Below, piece by piece: positions 40,973 to 51,019 of a stretch of 64,000 nucleotides of DNA. Source of the stretch: a virus; the IMG/VR virus record IMGVR_UViG_3300033144_003384, positions 19,757 to 83,756 of that record; one strand, given 5' to 3'. Position 1 is the stretch's first letter; each line of letters starts with the position of its first letter. The translations under genes were made by a program, and so were the position numbers. The notes under the pieces are model-generated. The model searched no databases. It had not been told where the DNA came from and saw only the letters and a list, made by a program, of their open reading frames with translations.

Positions 40973-41686
40973 CTACTCCGTAAGCCGCCGATCGTAGAGA
41001 GCCCGTTCTTCCCACAGGATGAGCGGACGGCCAAAATCGGACTTGGAATGAACCGCCTGCCCCCGGCGGTTCTTCCATTTGGTGGCATAAGGCTCAGGCC
41101 ATTCGGCATAGTAGTCGCAAGTCTTCTCCCACTCTTCAACAGAGATCGCCTTGCCGTAGTGCTTCACATATCCGTCACGCAAGACGTTCTGGCTGCCGCG
41201 CACCGTCATCTCTCGTTGGTCGTAGTGCTGATACCGCATCTGCGGTTGTAGACGGTACATCATTAGGATTTCCCGATACTCCGGCCCTATCCACTTGCGC
41301 TCATGCCACGGCTTGTCGACGTCCTCTTCCGTGATGTAGAAATCGAAGAACCTCATCTTGACGCCGTCGTATTTCCACCAGTTGTCCGGTAGTCCGTCGA
41401 TGCGTTCATCGGCATCGAAGCAGATCACCCAAGTGGGGTTGTCAACACGGGCAGCAGTCAGGGCGACCTGCCTGTTGCGTGCCTCCGCACGTGGACGGTT
41501 CGGGTCTAGGTTTGTGCCACGAATAACCGTCTTCACGGCAGGATGTGCTTCACAGATATCTGGCGTGTCGTCTGTTGAGAAATCGTCGTACACGTAGATG
41601 CCGTCACACCACTGTGCATAATGGTTCAGTGTGTCTTTGATAATGTGCGATTCGTTCCGGACTTTGGTGATGCCTGCAACAAACAT
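40973..41686 (-). CDS. GT-A (family 2-like) glycosyltransferase
   Basis: VRNE, YDDFSTDDT, DADE. Confidence 0.85.
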   Translation of the reverse strand: MFVAGITKVRNESHIIKDTLNHYAQWCDGIYVYDDFSTDDTPDICEAHPAVKTVIRGTNLDPNRPRAEARNRQVALTAARVDNPTWVICFDADERIDGLPDNWWKYDGVKMRFFDFYITEEDVDKPWHERKWIGPEYREILMMYRLQPQMRYQHYDQREMTVRGSQNVLRDGYVKHYGKAISVEEWEKTCDYYAEWPEPYATKWKNRRGQAVHSKSDFGRPLILWEERALYDRRLTE

Positions 41687-41701
41687 ATGTATGCTTTCGT
41701 G

Positions 41702-42394
41702 ATGGCCTATTCGAACAAAGATTATCAGTCAGATTTATCCAACCCGGACATGTTACACCTCAAAACCAGAAAGAGATTTCAGGCATTCTACGATCAATGT
41801 GCCTTAGGGTTAGCGAAGCACATTAAGTATGAGGCTGAACGCATGAACTGGATATCGTTTCGGCCCAATTCTAGGCTCATCGAGCTGGGGTGCTGCTCTG
41901 GTCAAAATGTCGTTGAATGGTTATCCCGTTACCCGACGCTGAGATACACGGCAGTTGACGTTTCTCAAGGTTTTGTTGACGAAACGAAACGCAGAGTTGA
42001 AGAGGCGGGTTTCGGAGATCGGGTCGTATATCACGTGGGTTTCATAGAAGACCTTCCTGGCGGTAACGTTTCTGGGACCTATACGGATGTTGTTCTTACG
42101 GAAACACTTGAACACGTTCAAAACCCACTGCCTGTTCTAAAGGTAGCTTGGTCTCTCGTATCGGATGGTGGAAATCTTTGGATTACGGTGCCGTCACGCA
42201 GGGTTGGGACTTATTCTCATGTGCGCGGAATAGCCCCTAAGGAGCTAAGGGTGCTGTTAACGAAGGCAGGTATAGGTGAAGTTCTATTGTTGGATAAAGT
42301 TTCCGACAGAAGCACCGGATTGGCAACCAGGTGTCACGTCACAAAGACAGGCACTGCCCTACGCCCTTCCCAACGAGTCAGGTCTTCGGGGTAG
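41702..42394 (+). CDS. class I SAM-dependent methyltransferase (paralog 1)
   Basis: IELGCCSG, AVDVS, ETLEHV. Confidence 0.85.
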   Translation: MAYSNKDYQSDLSNPDMLHLKTRKRFQAFYDQCALGLAKHIKYEAERMNWISFRPNSRLIELGCCSGQNVVEWLSRYPTLRYTAVDVSQGFVDETKRRVEEAGFGDRVVYHVGFIEDLPGGNVSGTYTDVVLTETLEHVQNPLPVLKVAWSLVSDGGNLWITVPSRRVGTYSHVRGIAPKELRVLLTKAGIGEVLLLDKVSDRSTGLATRCHVTKTGTALRPSQRVRSSG

Positions 42395-43050
42395 TCGAAG
42401 TCGTCCGTCCAGTCATCTATGTTGACAAACCTGCGAACCTCATCGAAGCATTCGAGCGTGTGGGGTTCCTTTGGCTCACCGTGGTTTACGCATTCCCCGA
42501 GGGCGTGTTGTTTGAGGGGGATACCGTTCATCTGCCGGTAGTGTTCCCATCCGCCGCAGCGCGACAGCTTCTTTTCGCTGCGGTACTTTGCTATTTGGAG
42601 CAGAGCGGTTAGGTGTTCTTGGATGTGTTCAGACCAGAAAGATTGGGCGAAACATTCGCTGCCGCCGCCCGTGACTGCTGAGAGGCCGAATCTGGCGAAC
42701 AACACCCAGTCTTTCGATTCGTAGTTGGCGATAGTGTTGATGGCGTCGTCGGAGAACCACACGTCTCCGTAGGCCACGACGGTTCTGCCATCTCGGCTCC
42801 AAAGAGTTTGTGTGTCTAGAAACTTAGAGGCTTCCCTCCATGCCGAATTTCGCCGTGGGCGAAGGAATCGAGCGCCGTCGACTTTGTATCGTTCGTCGTG
42901 TCCAGCAACGATGACCTCGCCGTGTTTGAGGAATTGTCGGACGGTACGGTCAAGGAGTCGTTCGCCTTCTACTTCGACTAGGTGCTTGGGGGTGTTTCGG
43001 AAGTTTTCCCAGCGGGTGCCACCCCCAGCGGCGATGATAATTGTTCTCAT
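42334..43050 (-). CDS. sugar/phosphocholine nucleotidyltransferase-like protein
   Basis: IIAAGGGTRW..TPK, YGDV, DDFDYPED. Confidence 0.8.
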   Translation of the reverse strand: MRTIIIAAGGGTRWENFRNTPKHLVEVEGERLLDRTVRQFLKHGEVIVAGHDERYKVDGARFLRPRRNSAWREASKFLDTQTLWSRDGRTVVAYGDVWFSDDAINTIANYESKDWVLFARFGLSAVTGGGSECFAQSFWSEHIQEHLTALLQIAKYRSEKKLSRCGGWEHYRQMNGIPLKQHALGECVNHGEPKEPHTLECFDEVRRFVNIDDWTDDFDYPEDLTRWEGRRAVPVFVT

Positions 43051-43868
43051 AGTGCGAGGTACCTTTGGGCGACGTCAACGACGTTGTTGTTCTCAATAAT
43101 GTACTCACGAAGCTTCGGACCCAGTGTTGGATCGTACTCCATGATCGCCCGTTGCAAATCTTGCTCACTCCAGTTAAGGCCATATCGCCGACCGGAGCAG
43201 TTGTTCTTTCGAAACTCCAACATTGACTCCGGTGTAATGATTCCGTCTGCCCCGTTGTAATCCATTACGATAACGTTTCGCTCCATCGACATGGCCTCAT
43301 AGCATCCACGCCCCAACGAAATCACGTGACTAGCTCCGTCCAGCTCTTGAATCAAATGAGGTTGTGAGGTTTGTGAGGCACCGCCGTAGCGTTGATAAGG
43401 AAGTTTCAGTCCCTTGATAGCGCGGGCGATTCTGTGCGTTACCCTTGGCGGATTGTTTGAGAGAACCAACACCTTGGCGGGAGCTGTGGGTATGGGTCGG
43501 GTTCTAACGAACAGATTTGTGTCAATTGGGTTTCGTATCACAACAGACCCATAACCCTTCGCTGCGAGACTTGCCTGCACTTCTTCAGAAACAGACACGT
43601 AAACGATTCCGTGAGACGTGCAGATAAGCCGACCTATGTTTGCCTTACGAAATTTGATGAGGTTCACTGCGTGATTAATGATTCCAAGGTCGTAGTGCTC
43701 TCCGTCATAGTGCGGCATTTCGGGCCACACCTTATTTGGTTTGATCGAAAAGACGTGGACTTCATGAGTTTTCGACAGCTCATCAAACATTGTTTTCGTC
43801 CAAGTTTCTGATCCGCCCAACCTTTCGAGCGCAATATTTGCTAGTAGGATTCGCACAGGCACCACCAT
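43047..43868 (-). CDS. GT-B glycosyltransferase-like protein (start uncertain)
   Basis: LGGSETW, IRNPID, SLGRGCYEAM. Confidence 0.75.
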   Translation of the reverse strand: MVVPVRILLANIALERLGGSETWTKTMFDELSKTHEVHVFSIKPNKVWPEMPHYDGEHYDLGIINHAVNLIKFRKANIGRLICTSHGIVYVSVSEEVQASLAAKGYGSVVIRNPIDTNLFVRTRPIPTAPAKVLVLSNNPPRVTHRIARAIKGLKLPYQRYGGASQTSQPHLIQELDGASHVISLGRGCYEAMSMERNVIVMDYNGADGIITPESMLEFRKNNCSGRRYGLNWSEQDLQRAIMEYDPTLGPKLREYIIENNNVVDVAQRYLAL

Positions 43869-44544
43869 GAGCTACGTTTACACAGATGAAGAATACCAGA
43901 ACGATCTTCAAAATCCAGAAATGCCACACCTGGATAGCGCCGATCGGTTCAAAGCGTTCTACGAGAAGTTAGCCGAAGGCTCGGCGAAAGACATCCAATA
44001 TCCGGCAAGTCGCATGAATTGGGTCAAGATCGAACCGGAAGCTTCCATCATCGAACTCGGATGTCAGTCCGGCTATAACGTCGTTCGCTGGCTACAACAA
44101 CATCCTTCTTGCACAGTTGTGGCAGTTGACGTATCGGGCAGAATGTTGACGAACACGATGGCGCGAGTTAAGGCTGAACTACCGAGCTACATACAAGACA
44201 ACGTGTCCTACGTTGAGTCGTTTATCGAAGAACTGCCGAAACTTTTGTGGCTACAGCCCAGGTTTTCAGATGTGGTCTTGACCGAAACGCTGGAACACGT
44301 ACAAGACCCGCAGAAATGTTTGGAAGTGGCATGGTGGCTCGTCAGGCCGGGGGGAACGCTGTGGATCACAACACCTACGCGCAGGTGGGGAAACTACTCA
44401 CACGTGCGAGGCATCCGTGCCGCCACTTTAGCGTCAATGGTTCAAGACGTAGGGGTGGATGTGGCGTGGATTGAAGAGATCGACGAAGTACCACACCAAG
44501 GAGAACCTATCACCAGGGCCCGGATTGTCAAACCACAATACTGA
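43867..44544 (+). CDS. class I SAM-dependent methyltransferase (paralog 2)
   Basis: IELGCQSG, AVDVS, ETLEHV, LVRPGG. Confidence 0.85.
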   Translation: MSYVYTDEEYQNDLQNPEMPHLDSADRFKAFYEKLAEGSAKDIQYPASRMNWVKIEPEASIIELGCQSGYNVVRWLQQHPSCTVVAVDVSGRMLTNTMARVKAELPSYIQDNVSYVESFIEELPKLLWLQPRFSDVVLTETLEHVQDPQKCLEVAWWLVRPGGTLWITTPTRRWGNYSHVRGIRAATLASMVQDVGVDVAWIEEIDEVPHQGEPITRARIVKPQY

Positions 44545-46834
44545 CTTTGCGACGTTGCATTCCGCTGATACCAGTGATAAATGAATACGCCGAAGAAGAT
44601 GCGTCCACCTGGTCGTCGTGACCAGTCGCCGACCCTTTCTCGCTGTGAAACGCAACAAGCTCATCGAGGTACCGTGTGATCCATGGGCCCTGTACTAGTT
44701 TCACGTTGCCGTTCGAAACTGCGGATGCAAACGGTCTTGCTCTTGTGATCTTGTCTCCCGTTGACGGGATAGCCGCGAAATCGAATCCTGCGATAATGTT
44801 GCGAGAGTACATGTTGGCAAGCGACTTCCCGGATGAGCCCGGCTCGCGCTCCATCCGAACGGGAACACCTACTCCGTCCTCTGCCGCCGTCTCGGCGATG
44901 AGTGCCTCAACTTTAGGCGACTCTTCCCGACAGCTTTTCACATCCAAAACGTAAACGAAGCCGCGGTCGAAAGCAAGCAGTGCGCCAACCGTCCAGTCGG
45001 GGTCCTTGTTTTGGCTGGAAACTTTCGTTCCGGCAAGGTCCCACCAACGGACCACCTTTGGAGCCAACATCGTTGGCATTTCTCCTGGCTCAATGATTTC
45101 GAAGTTTTCTTTCTTGAACAGATCGCCTTCGGAGGCAACAAACCATTCGCCGTCTGCAAGCTGTGCCCGTTCGACTGGGGTCAGCTCTTGAAGCATCGAA
45201 CGATATGAGGCGTGGTCGACGCCGGGGTTGTCTTCAAGGAATGACTGTACGAAGACTCGCCCCTCTTGGTCTTCTATGATGAACCGCTGGCGTACCCAGT
45301 TTGGCGCAGGGTTCGAAGCGGCACGCATCCGCAGGGGGACTCGGGACAGGGGGCCGGACTTCGGGCGACGCAAACGCGAAAACAGGTAGCGATAGTCTTC
45401 TTCACGAATTTCGGTTACCTCGTCCATCCCGATGAATTGGAATTCAGCGCTATTGCCAGTGAAGGAAATTCTTCCGTTGTGTCGAATCATGTACGTGTGG
45501 TGCGGTGGCACGTTTAGTCCGTGAACTTTTCCGGAGTAGTCACGTCGCTCAACCCACGTAGCAGTATCGGATGGTTTGTGCAATATGGAGACATGATGTG
45601 ATTCTCCCTCAGAAACGAAATGATGCTTTTCGTTATATGGCTGAATGTTATGGGTAGCCCGATAGCCACACATTGTTGCCAAGCGCATCATGTCGTCGGC
45701 AAGTTGCGGTGATGTGGTAACGAAGTGGCCACCCTTTTGGTCAACATCGCGCCACGTGCCGTCTCCTTCCATTAGCGAATCAAGCAAGGCGAACGCGTGT
45801 TCTGAATCCCATTTAAACACCCCGAAAGGCACGTGCTTTGTCTTTGCTGACGACCCGAGCTTGTCAAGGTATTGGCATAGCGCCTTATTGTTGAGGGATA
45901 AGCTTTGGTTGTCGACATGAACATTTGCCCCAGACCGCTCTAAGAGTTTCTGGATGCGCAGCCGATGTTGTGGATACTTTTTTGTCTGACTGATTCTGAC
46001 TTGCCAACGTCCACCATAGGAGCCGCTGTCTCCTTCAGATAGATACCAGCCAAGGAATTCGGCCCAATCTATTGGCGAGAACTTGAGGTTGTTGCCGTGC
46101 GTTCCGGCGAGGAACCGCACTTCGGTAGGGGCAATGCCGGACCACTTTGCGACTTGTGGAAGGTGTGGTCGTTGTGGCAAGTCTTTCGCAAATGACGGAG
46201 TTAGTCGATTCGATTTTTGTGTTGAACGCCACACCGTGTGGTTCGGGGTCACGGCGAACGATACGTCGCTACCAGGTCGTGTTACTACGATCTCGCCGTC
46301 ATAATCGTATTCGTAAGTTTCTGCAACGGCCTCAAACGACCCGACACGAGTCCCTGGGTCCATAGAGAAAACCCTCTCTCCAGCCACGATATTCGATATG
46401 GGCTTCCATCCGTCCTCAGTCAACACTTCCGTATCGGGAGTTGAACATTTGTATCGCAAGTAGTCGTTTTTGTTGTTGAGGTATCCAAATGTGATGCGGG
46501 CACCAGACGGGAACGACGCGGTGTTTGTGTTAGCATTCCAGTGAATCTCGTCGATGCCAGCAGTCCACGACTTGAATCTGTCCATGAGGGCACCAGGGAG
46601 TGCAAGGTCGGCGAAAGTCTTACGAAAGAGGATTGCTGTATAGTTAGGGATATCCACATATTGCAAAGCAGCCATAAGTAGTGCCGACGATTTTCCACCA
46701 CCCGCAGCTCCGCCGAAAAGTGCCTCTGTTTGGTCAGACATCAGAAACACTTTTTGCGTTAGTGATGGTTCTTCGGGGCAATACTGCGGTTCAATTGGTT
46801 GGAGATATTCGTGGAGTGCTTCCCAATCAGCCAT
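44528..46834 (-). CDS. terL: terminase large subunit containing an intein
   Basis: Walker A GGAAGGGKS, Walker B FIGMDE, ASNP, WDLA, HDDQVDA nuclease motifs. Confidence 0.92.
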   Translation of the reverse strand: MADWEALHEYLQPIEPQYCPEEPSLTQKVFLMSDQTEALFGGAAGGGKSSALLMAALQYVDIPNYTAILFRKTFADLALPGALMDRFKSWTAGIDEIHWNANTNTASFPSGARITFGYLNNKNDYLRYKCSTPDTEVLTEDGWKPISNIVAGERVFSMDPGTRVGSFEAVAETYEYDYDGEIVVTRPGSDVSFAVTPNHTVWRSTQKSNRLTPSFAKDLPQRPHLPQVAKWSGIAPTEVRFLAGTHGNNLKFSPIDWAEFLGWYLSEGDSGSYGGRWQVRISQTKKYPQHRLRIQKLLERSGANVHVDNQSLSLNNKALCQYLDKLGSSAKTKHVPFGVFKWDSEHAFALLDSLMEGDGTWRDVDQKGGHFVTTSPQLADDMMRLATMCGYRATHNIQPYNEKHHFVSEGESHHVSILHKPSDTATWVERRDYSGKVHGLNVPPHHTYMIRHNGRISFTGNSAEFQFIGMDEVTEIREEDYRYLFSRLRRPKSGPLSRVPLRMRAASNPAPNWVRQRFIIEDQEGRVFVQSFLEDNPGVDHASYRSMLQELTPVERAQLADGEWFVASEGDLFKKENFEIIEPGEMPTMLAPKVVRWWDLAGTKVSSQNKDPDWTVGALLAFDRGFVYVLDVKSCREESPKVEALIAETAAEDGVGVPVRMEREPGSSGKSLANMYSRNIIAGFDFAAIPSTGDKITRARPFASAVSNGNVKLVQGPWITRYLDELVAFHSEKGSATGHDDQVDASSSAYSFITGISGMQRRKVSIVV
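45452..46447 (-). mobile_element. intein (332 aa) with LAGLIDADG endonuclease
   Basis: starts CSTPDTEVLT..GWKPI, VTPNH block B, FLGWYLSEG and LMEGDG, ends TGN followed by Ser. Confidence 0.92.
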
Positions 46835-46884
46835 TTGTGTATTTATCCTTTGCGGATCACTAATCGAATAGTAAGGTTACCCCC

Positions 46885-47082
46885 GTGACCCTTCCTCAAG
46901 AAGAAACGAAGACCGGGCTATTGACTCGCGTATTCTCCATGCAGAACTTGGCCTATGTAGGGGCAGTTGCGTCTATCCTACTCGTGGGTATCGGTGCTGC
47001 GATGATGTTTGGGTCCGGAGCCGGGCTGCTTGTTGCTGGCGTTGCTCTTGGGTTTTTCTCATATCTGCTTGGGGTTGAGTAA
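46885..47082 (+). CDS. small membrane protein preceding portal
   Basis: two TM segments; TAATG coupling to portal. Confidence 0.7.
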   Translation: MTLPQEETKTGLLTRVFSMQNLAYVGAVASILLVGIGAAMMFGSGAGLLVAGVALGFFSYLLGVE

Positions 47083-49322
47083 TGGCGTGGAACAAGACGA
47101 GCAACAAATCGCTCCAGGGAGTACAGAAGAAAGTTCTGTCTCCGGGTGCGCCCGTTGCCTACATGCCTGGCAAGGTAGGGCGTCCATATCACGACGGCTG
47201 GAACATTGAGCGTGCATATCAAGAAGGCGTGGCGCGCGTTACTTGGGTATACCGTGCAATTGACGCCATTGCTTCCAACCAAGCAAAACTCCCAATTCAG
47301 TTTCGCAAAGACGATGCACGTACCGGGGAAATTGTCGATAACGCGGGAAAGAAGTACAAGGCGCTTTACGACGTACTGAACTCGCAAGCCAACATTGGCG
47401 AATCCTCTTTCGCGTTCCGTTACAGAATCTCCACACAGCTCCTCATCTCTACGCGTGGCGTGTTCATCGAAATCATTCGAAGCAACAACGGAGAAGTTGA
47501 AAGCCTTCACCTGCTTCCTCCACAGTCGACCGCCCCGATACCGCACTCCACGAAGTTCGTGTCCGGCTACGAAGTGAAAATGCCGGATGGAAACAAGAAG
47601 ACCATTAAGCCCGAGAACGTCGTTTGGCTGCGAAGGCCGCACCCGCTCGACCCATATCTTTCCCTCACCCCCATGGAGTCTGCTGGCGTTGCGATTGAGG
47701 TCGAGCAACTGGCAAAGCTTTACAACCGTAACTTTCTCCTGAATGACGGTCGTCCCGGTGGGCTCCTTGTTCTCCGTGGAGAGATTGATCCCGTTGATCG
47801 GGATGAGCTTCAAACGCGATTCCGTGGCAATCTCCGGAAGACGGGTGCCGTGTCAGTTATCTCGTCAGACGATGGAGCAGACTTCGTTGACCTTGGGTCG
47901 TCCCCACGCGACATGGCGTATCAGCAGATGCGTGCCATCACAAAGGAAGAAATCCTTGCAGCGTTCGGCGTACCAGAAACAGTTATCGGAAACGCATCCG
48001 GTCGAACGTTCTCGAACGCAATCGAAGAAGTCCGCGTGTTCTGGCAAGAAACAATGGAGCCACACCTCCTCCTGATGGCGCGCGGCTTCGATCAGCTTTC
48101 GAAAGAGTTGTATGTCGACTATGACACTTCGACCATCCCGGTCCTTGTCCTTTCGAAACAGGAGCGTGAGAAGTATCTTCTTGATGAGTTTCAGTCTGGA
48201 GCGATCTCGGCGAACGAATATCGTGACGGAACTGGTCGAGCGAAAGTAGTGTCCGAACTTTCCGATGCTCTTCTTGCGAATCCGAACCTCACACCGATCG
48301 GAAACACCGAGAAGGAAACGCTTCCACCTGATCCGGCAAACGCAGGTCAGCCAGGACTCCCGCTTGACGTTGCTTCTGGCGATATTCCTGTCGTGGATTC
48401 AAGCAAGGACCCGAATCTATTTGGTGGTGGCGAGCCAGCCTTGGCACCCGGCGTAGCCGAAGACGATGATGATATTGTCGGCAACCTCGACTCGGCGTCG
48501 TTACCAGGCGGCAAGAAAGGGCTTGAAGTCACAGAGACGAAGAATGGGTACGTTCCTGGATTGTCAACCAAGGCAGATTCTGACATTGAGCGATGGGAAG
48601 GCGTGTTTGGTCGCACGATGGAACGTTTCTTCGACCGCCAACAGCGCGTAGTTGCCGAGAAGGCCGAGAGTAAGCGTGTTCGTCGTGCCTTAGATTCTGG
48701 TGTAGCGATAGCTGCGGTCGTTGACCTCATTTTTGATGAAGCTGTTTGGAACCGTAGTTTGGGCGAAGACCTCAAACCAGTGATAGTCGGCGCAATGGCA
48801 GATGCGTCTCGCACCAAAGCGGGAAGTGCTGATGAGGCTGAAGCGAAGCAGATTGACAAACTCGCCGACGAACAGGTGGAGCGTGCCGAGAAACTGAACG
48901 GCACTACGAAGGAGCAGATAGCTGTTGCTGTTGCTGTTGCTGCATCCTTAAAGGCTGAAGACGAGTCTGCGCTGAGCGTTAAGGACAAGATGTCGTATTT
49001 GCGTGTCGTGATCGGTGCCATTTATGTGGACGCAGATTCTGAGCGCAAAGCCATGATTGCAGAGAACGAAGCGTACTCCGCCTACAACGGTGGCCGTTAT
49101 GTTGATGCTTCGACGTCTGGCGTCATCACAAAAACATGGTTGACTCGCAAGGACGACAAGGTGAGGGATTTGCATAAGCTGCTGCATGGCAAGTCTGTTG
49201 CTGTTGGCGAGGCGTTTAACGCTGGTGGTGTGAAGCTCCGGTTCCCCGGCGATCCTGCTGCTCCTGCGAACGCAACAATTGGCTGTCGATGCATCCTTGG
49301 CTTCGGATTCGAAGAAGTTTAA
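47082..49322 (+). CDS. HK97-type portal fused to a MuF-like head morphogenesis domain
   Basis: VYRAIDAIA, FLLNDGRPGG, ILAAFGVP; C-terminal KTW...DDKVR..H...FPGDP...CRC. Confidence 0.88.
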   Translation: MAWNKTSNKSLQGVQKKVLSPGAPVAYMPGKVGRPYHDGWNIERAYQEGVARVTWVYRAIDAIASNQAKLPIQFRKDDARTGEIVDNAGKKYKALYDVLNSQANIGESSFAFRYRISTQLLISTRGVFIEIIRSNNGEVESLHLLPPQSTAPIPHSTKFVSGYEVKMPDGNKKTIKPENVVWLRRPHPLDPYLSLTPMESAGVAIEVEQLAKLYNRNFLLNDGRPGGLLVLRGEIDPVDRDELQTRFRGNLRKTGAVSVISSDDGADFVDLGSSPRDMAYQQMRAITKEEILAAFGVPETVIGNASGRTFSNAIEEVRVFWQETMEPHLLLMARGFDQLSKELYVDYDTSTIPVLVLSKQEREKYLLDEFQSGAISANEYRDGTGRAKVVSELSDALLANPNLTPIGNTEKETLPPDPANAGQPGLPLDVASGDIPVVDSSKDPNLFGGGEPALAPGVAEDDDDIVGNLDSASLPGGKKGLEVTETKNGYVPGLSTKADSDIERWEGVFGRTMERFFDRQQRVVAEKAESKRVRRALDSGVAIAAVVDLIFDEAVWNRSLGEDLKPVIVGAMADASRTKAGSADEAEAKQIDKLADEQVERAEKLNGTTKEQIAVAVAVAASLKAEDESALSVKDKMSYLRVVIGAIYVDADSERKAMIAENEAYSAYNGGRYVDASTSGVITKTWLTRKDDKVRDLHKLLHGKSVAVGEAFNAGGVKLRFPGDPAAPANATIGCRCILGFGFEEV

Positions 49323-49410
49323 GTAAACCCGTTTACTAAATTTGTTTCATCGAGTCGACACTCCTTGCGTCTAATCTCAGCTTGTTCGCTCTGAGCTAAC
49401 TGGAGATTTC

Positions 49411-50982
49411 ATGACGACCATGGCAATCAACCCCGATTTTGGTAACGACGATGCCATTCTGTTCAAGGCAGTCGGCAACACAACCATCGACATTGATGAA
49501 GCAAAAGGAATCGTAGAAGCCTTTGCCGCAGCAATCGGCAATAAAGACAGCGTCAACGACATCGTCGCCCCAGGCGCATTCGATGCAAGCCTTTCCCGAC
49601 GTAAGCCTCGCGTCGTATGGGGCCACAACTGGAATGAGCCCATTGGCAAGGTACTCGAAATTCGTGAAGTCGGATCAGGCGATCCTCGCCTCCCCTCGAA
49701 GATGCGCCAAGCTAGTGTCGGTGGCCTTTATGTCAAAGTTCAATTTAACCTCAAGTCTGAACGAGGACGCGAAGCGTTCGCATCTGTCGGATTCTTCGGC
49801 GAAGACCAAGAATGGTCCATCGGGTACAAAACTCTACGCGCCGACTACGACCCAAGTCGTGGCGCAAACATCCTGAAAGAAGTTGAGCTGTACGAAGTGT
49901 CCCCAGTCCTCCACGGCGCAAACCAACTTACCGGAACAATCTCTGTCAAAGACGCACAGGGCGAAACCGTTTCCATGGTGTGGGACGAGTCCGACGACAG
50001 ATGGGAAAAGGCCCATCACGACGAGGACGAAAAGAAGGGCCTGGCCGGACTAATTCATCGTGCCGTTGCTGGCGTCTTCGGTCCATCCGCACGAATTCGC
50101 ATGGTTGAAGGCAACAGAGTTGTGTTCACCCGCGGCGAAGGAGAGATGTACCAGACGACGTTCTCCATTGAAAAACCACGCGTTACGTTTACCCCACCCG
50201 TCCGAGCACGCATGCGCACAATCGTAGAACCGATTGGGCCCCAGGTGGTTCCAGAAATGGAACACAAGCCCATGCTAAAGGAAGACGAGCCTGAGGCAAT
50301 CGTCTTGCCCGAGACAATCGTACAACCAGAAGCCAGAGAAGGCACAATCGAAATACTGGATAACGGCACTACGTCGACCACTTTCTCAATTTCAAATAGC
50401 AACGTAAAGTGGGACTTTAGTGATGGTGGAATCACCTGGTCTGATAGTAGCGGAACTGCCGGAACGGTCTATGACATAGAAACCGAAGGGAAAGCTGGGC
50501 GTGTCCTTCGACGCGGGAATATGGATAGCCTCCGGCAGGCCATGGAACTTATCGAACAAGTCATGGCGTCAGGACTGCGTGAAGAAGTTGAATCTAAGAG
50601 CCTTGCCGATATGTACCGCGAAGAAGCAGTCACCGAAGGCTTGATGGTTGCAGGGCAACCCGAAGCCGTCCTTGGTATGTCTCTCGATATTCCCGTGGAA
50701 GACTCGGAACGAACCGAAGCAATCCTCGACGCACTGGAAACACATATCGACGAGCTAAACCTTGCCGTTGTGGCCCCAGGCGAAAAAGCCTTCACAGAAG
50801 GACCAAGCAATGTGTCGGTTTACCTATCCTCCGCGGATAATGTAAACGAACAAATCGAAACCCTTGCTGGGGCATTGTCAAATATTGACGGTGACTTCAG
50901 CGTTTCTGTAGACAAAAAGGACTTCTTCGGTGAATTGAAGTCGTTCGAAGAAGTATTTCCCGAGACAAAAGTTCTCAAGTAG
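49411..50982 (+). CDS. prohead protease (HK97 family) with long C-terminal extension
   Basis: DIVAPGAF, WGH...PIG, WSIGY, LYEVSPV.HGAN. Confidence 0.9.
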   Translation: MTTMAINPDFGNDDAILFKAVGNTTIDIDEAKGIVEAFAAAIGNKDSVNDIVAPGAFDASLSRRKPRVVWGHNWNEPIGKVLEIREVGSGDPRLPSKMRQASVGGLYVKVQFNLKSERGREAFASVGFFGEDQEWSIGYKTLRADYDPSRGANILKEVELYEVSPVLHGANQLTGTISVKDAQGETVSMVWDESDDRWEKAHHDEDEKKGLAGLIHRAVAGVFGPSARIRMVEGNRVVFTRGEGEMYQTTFSIEKPRVTFTPPVRARMRTIVEPIGPQVVPEMEHKPMLKEDEPEAIVLPETIVQPEAREGTIEILDNGTTSTTFSISNSNVKWDFSDGGITWSDSSGTAGTVYDIETEGKAGRVLRRGNMDSLRQAMELIEQVMASGLREEVESKSLADMYREEAVTEGLMVAGQPEAVLGMSLDIPVEDSERTEAILDALETHIDELNLAVVAPGEKAFTEGPSNVSVYLSSADNVNEQIETLAGALSNIDGDFSVSVDKKDFFGELKSFEEVFPETKVLK

Positions 50983-51019
50983 GATTCAAGAATCTCTGGA
51001 TCACTAGGAGTGCCCACTG

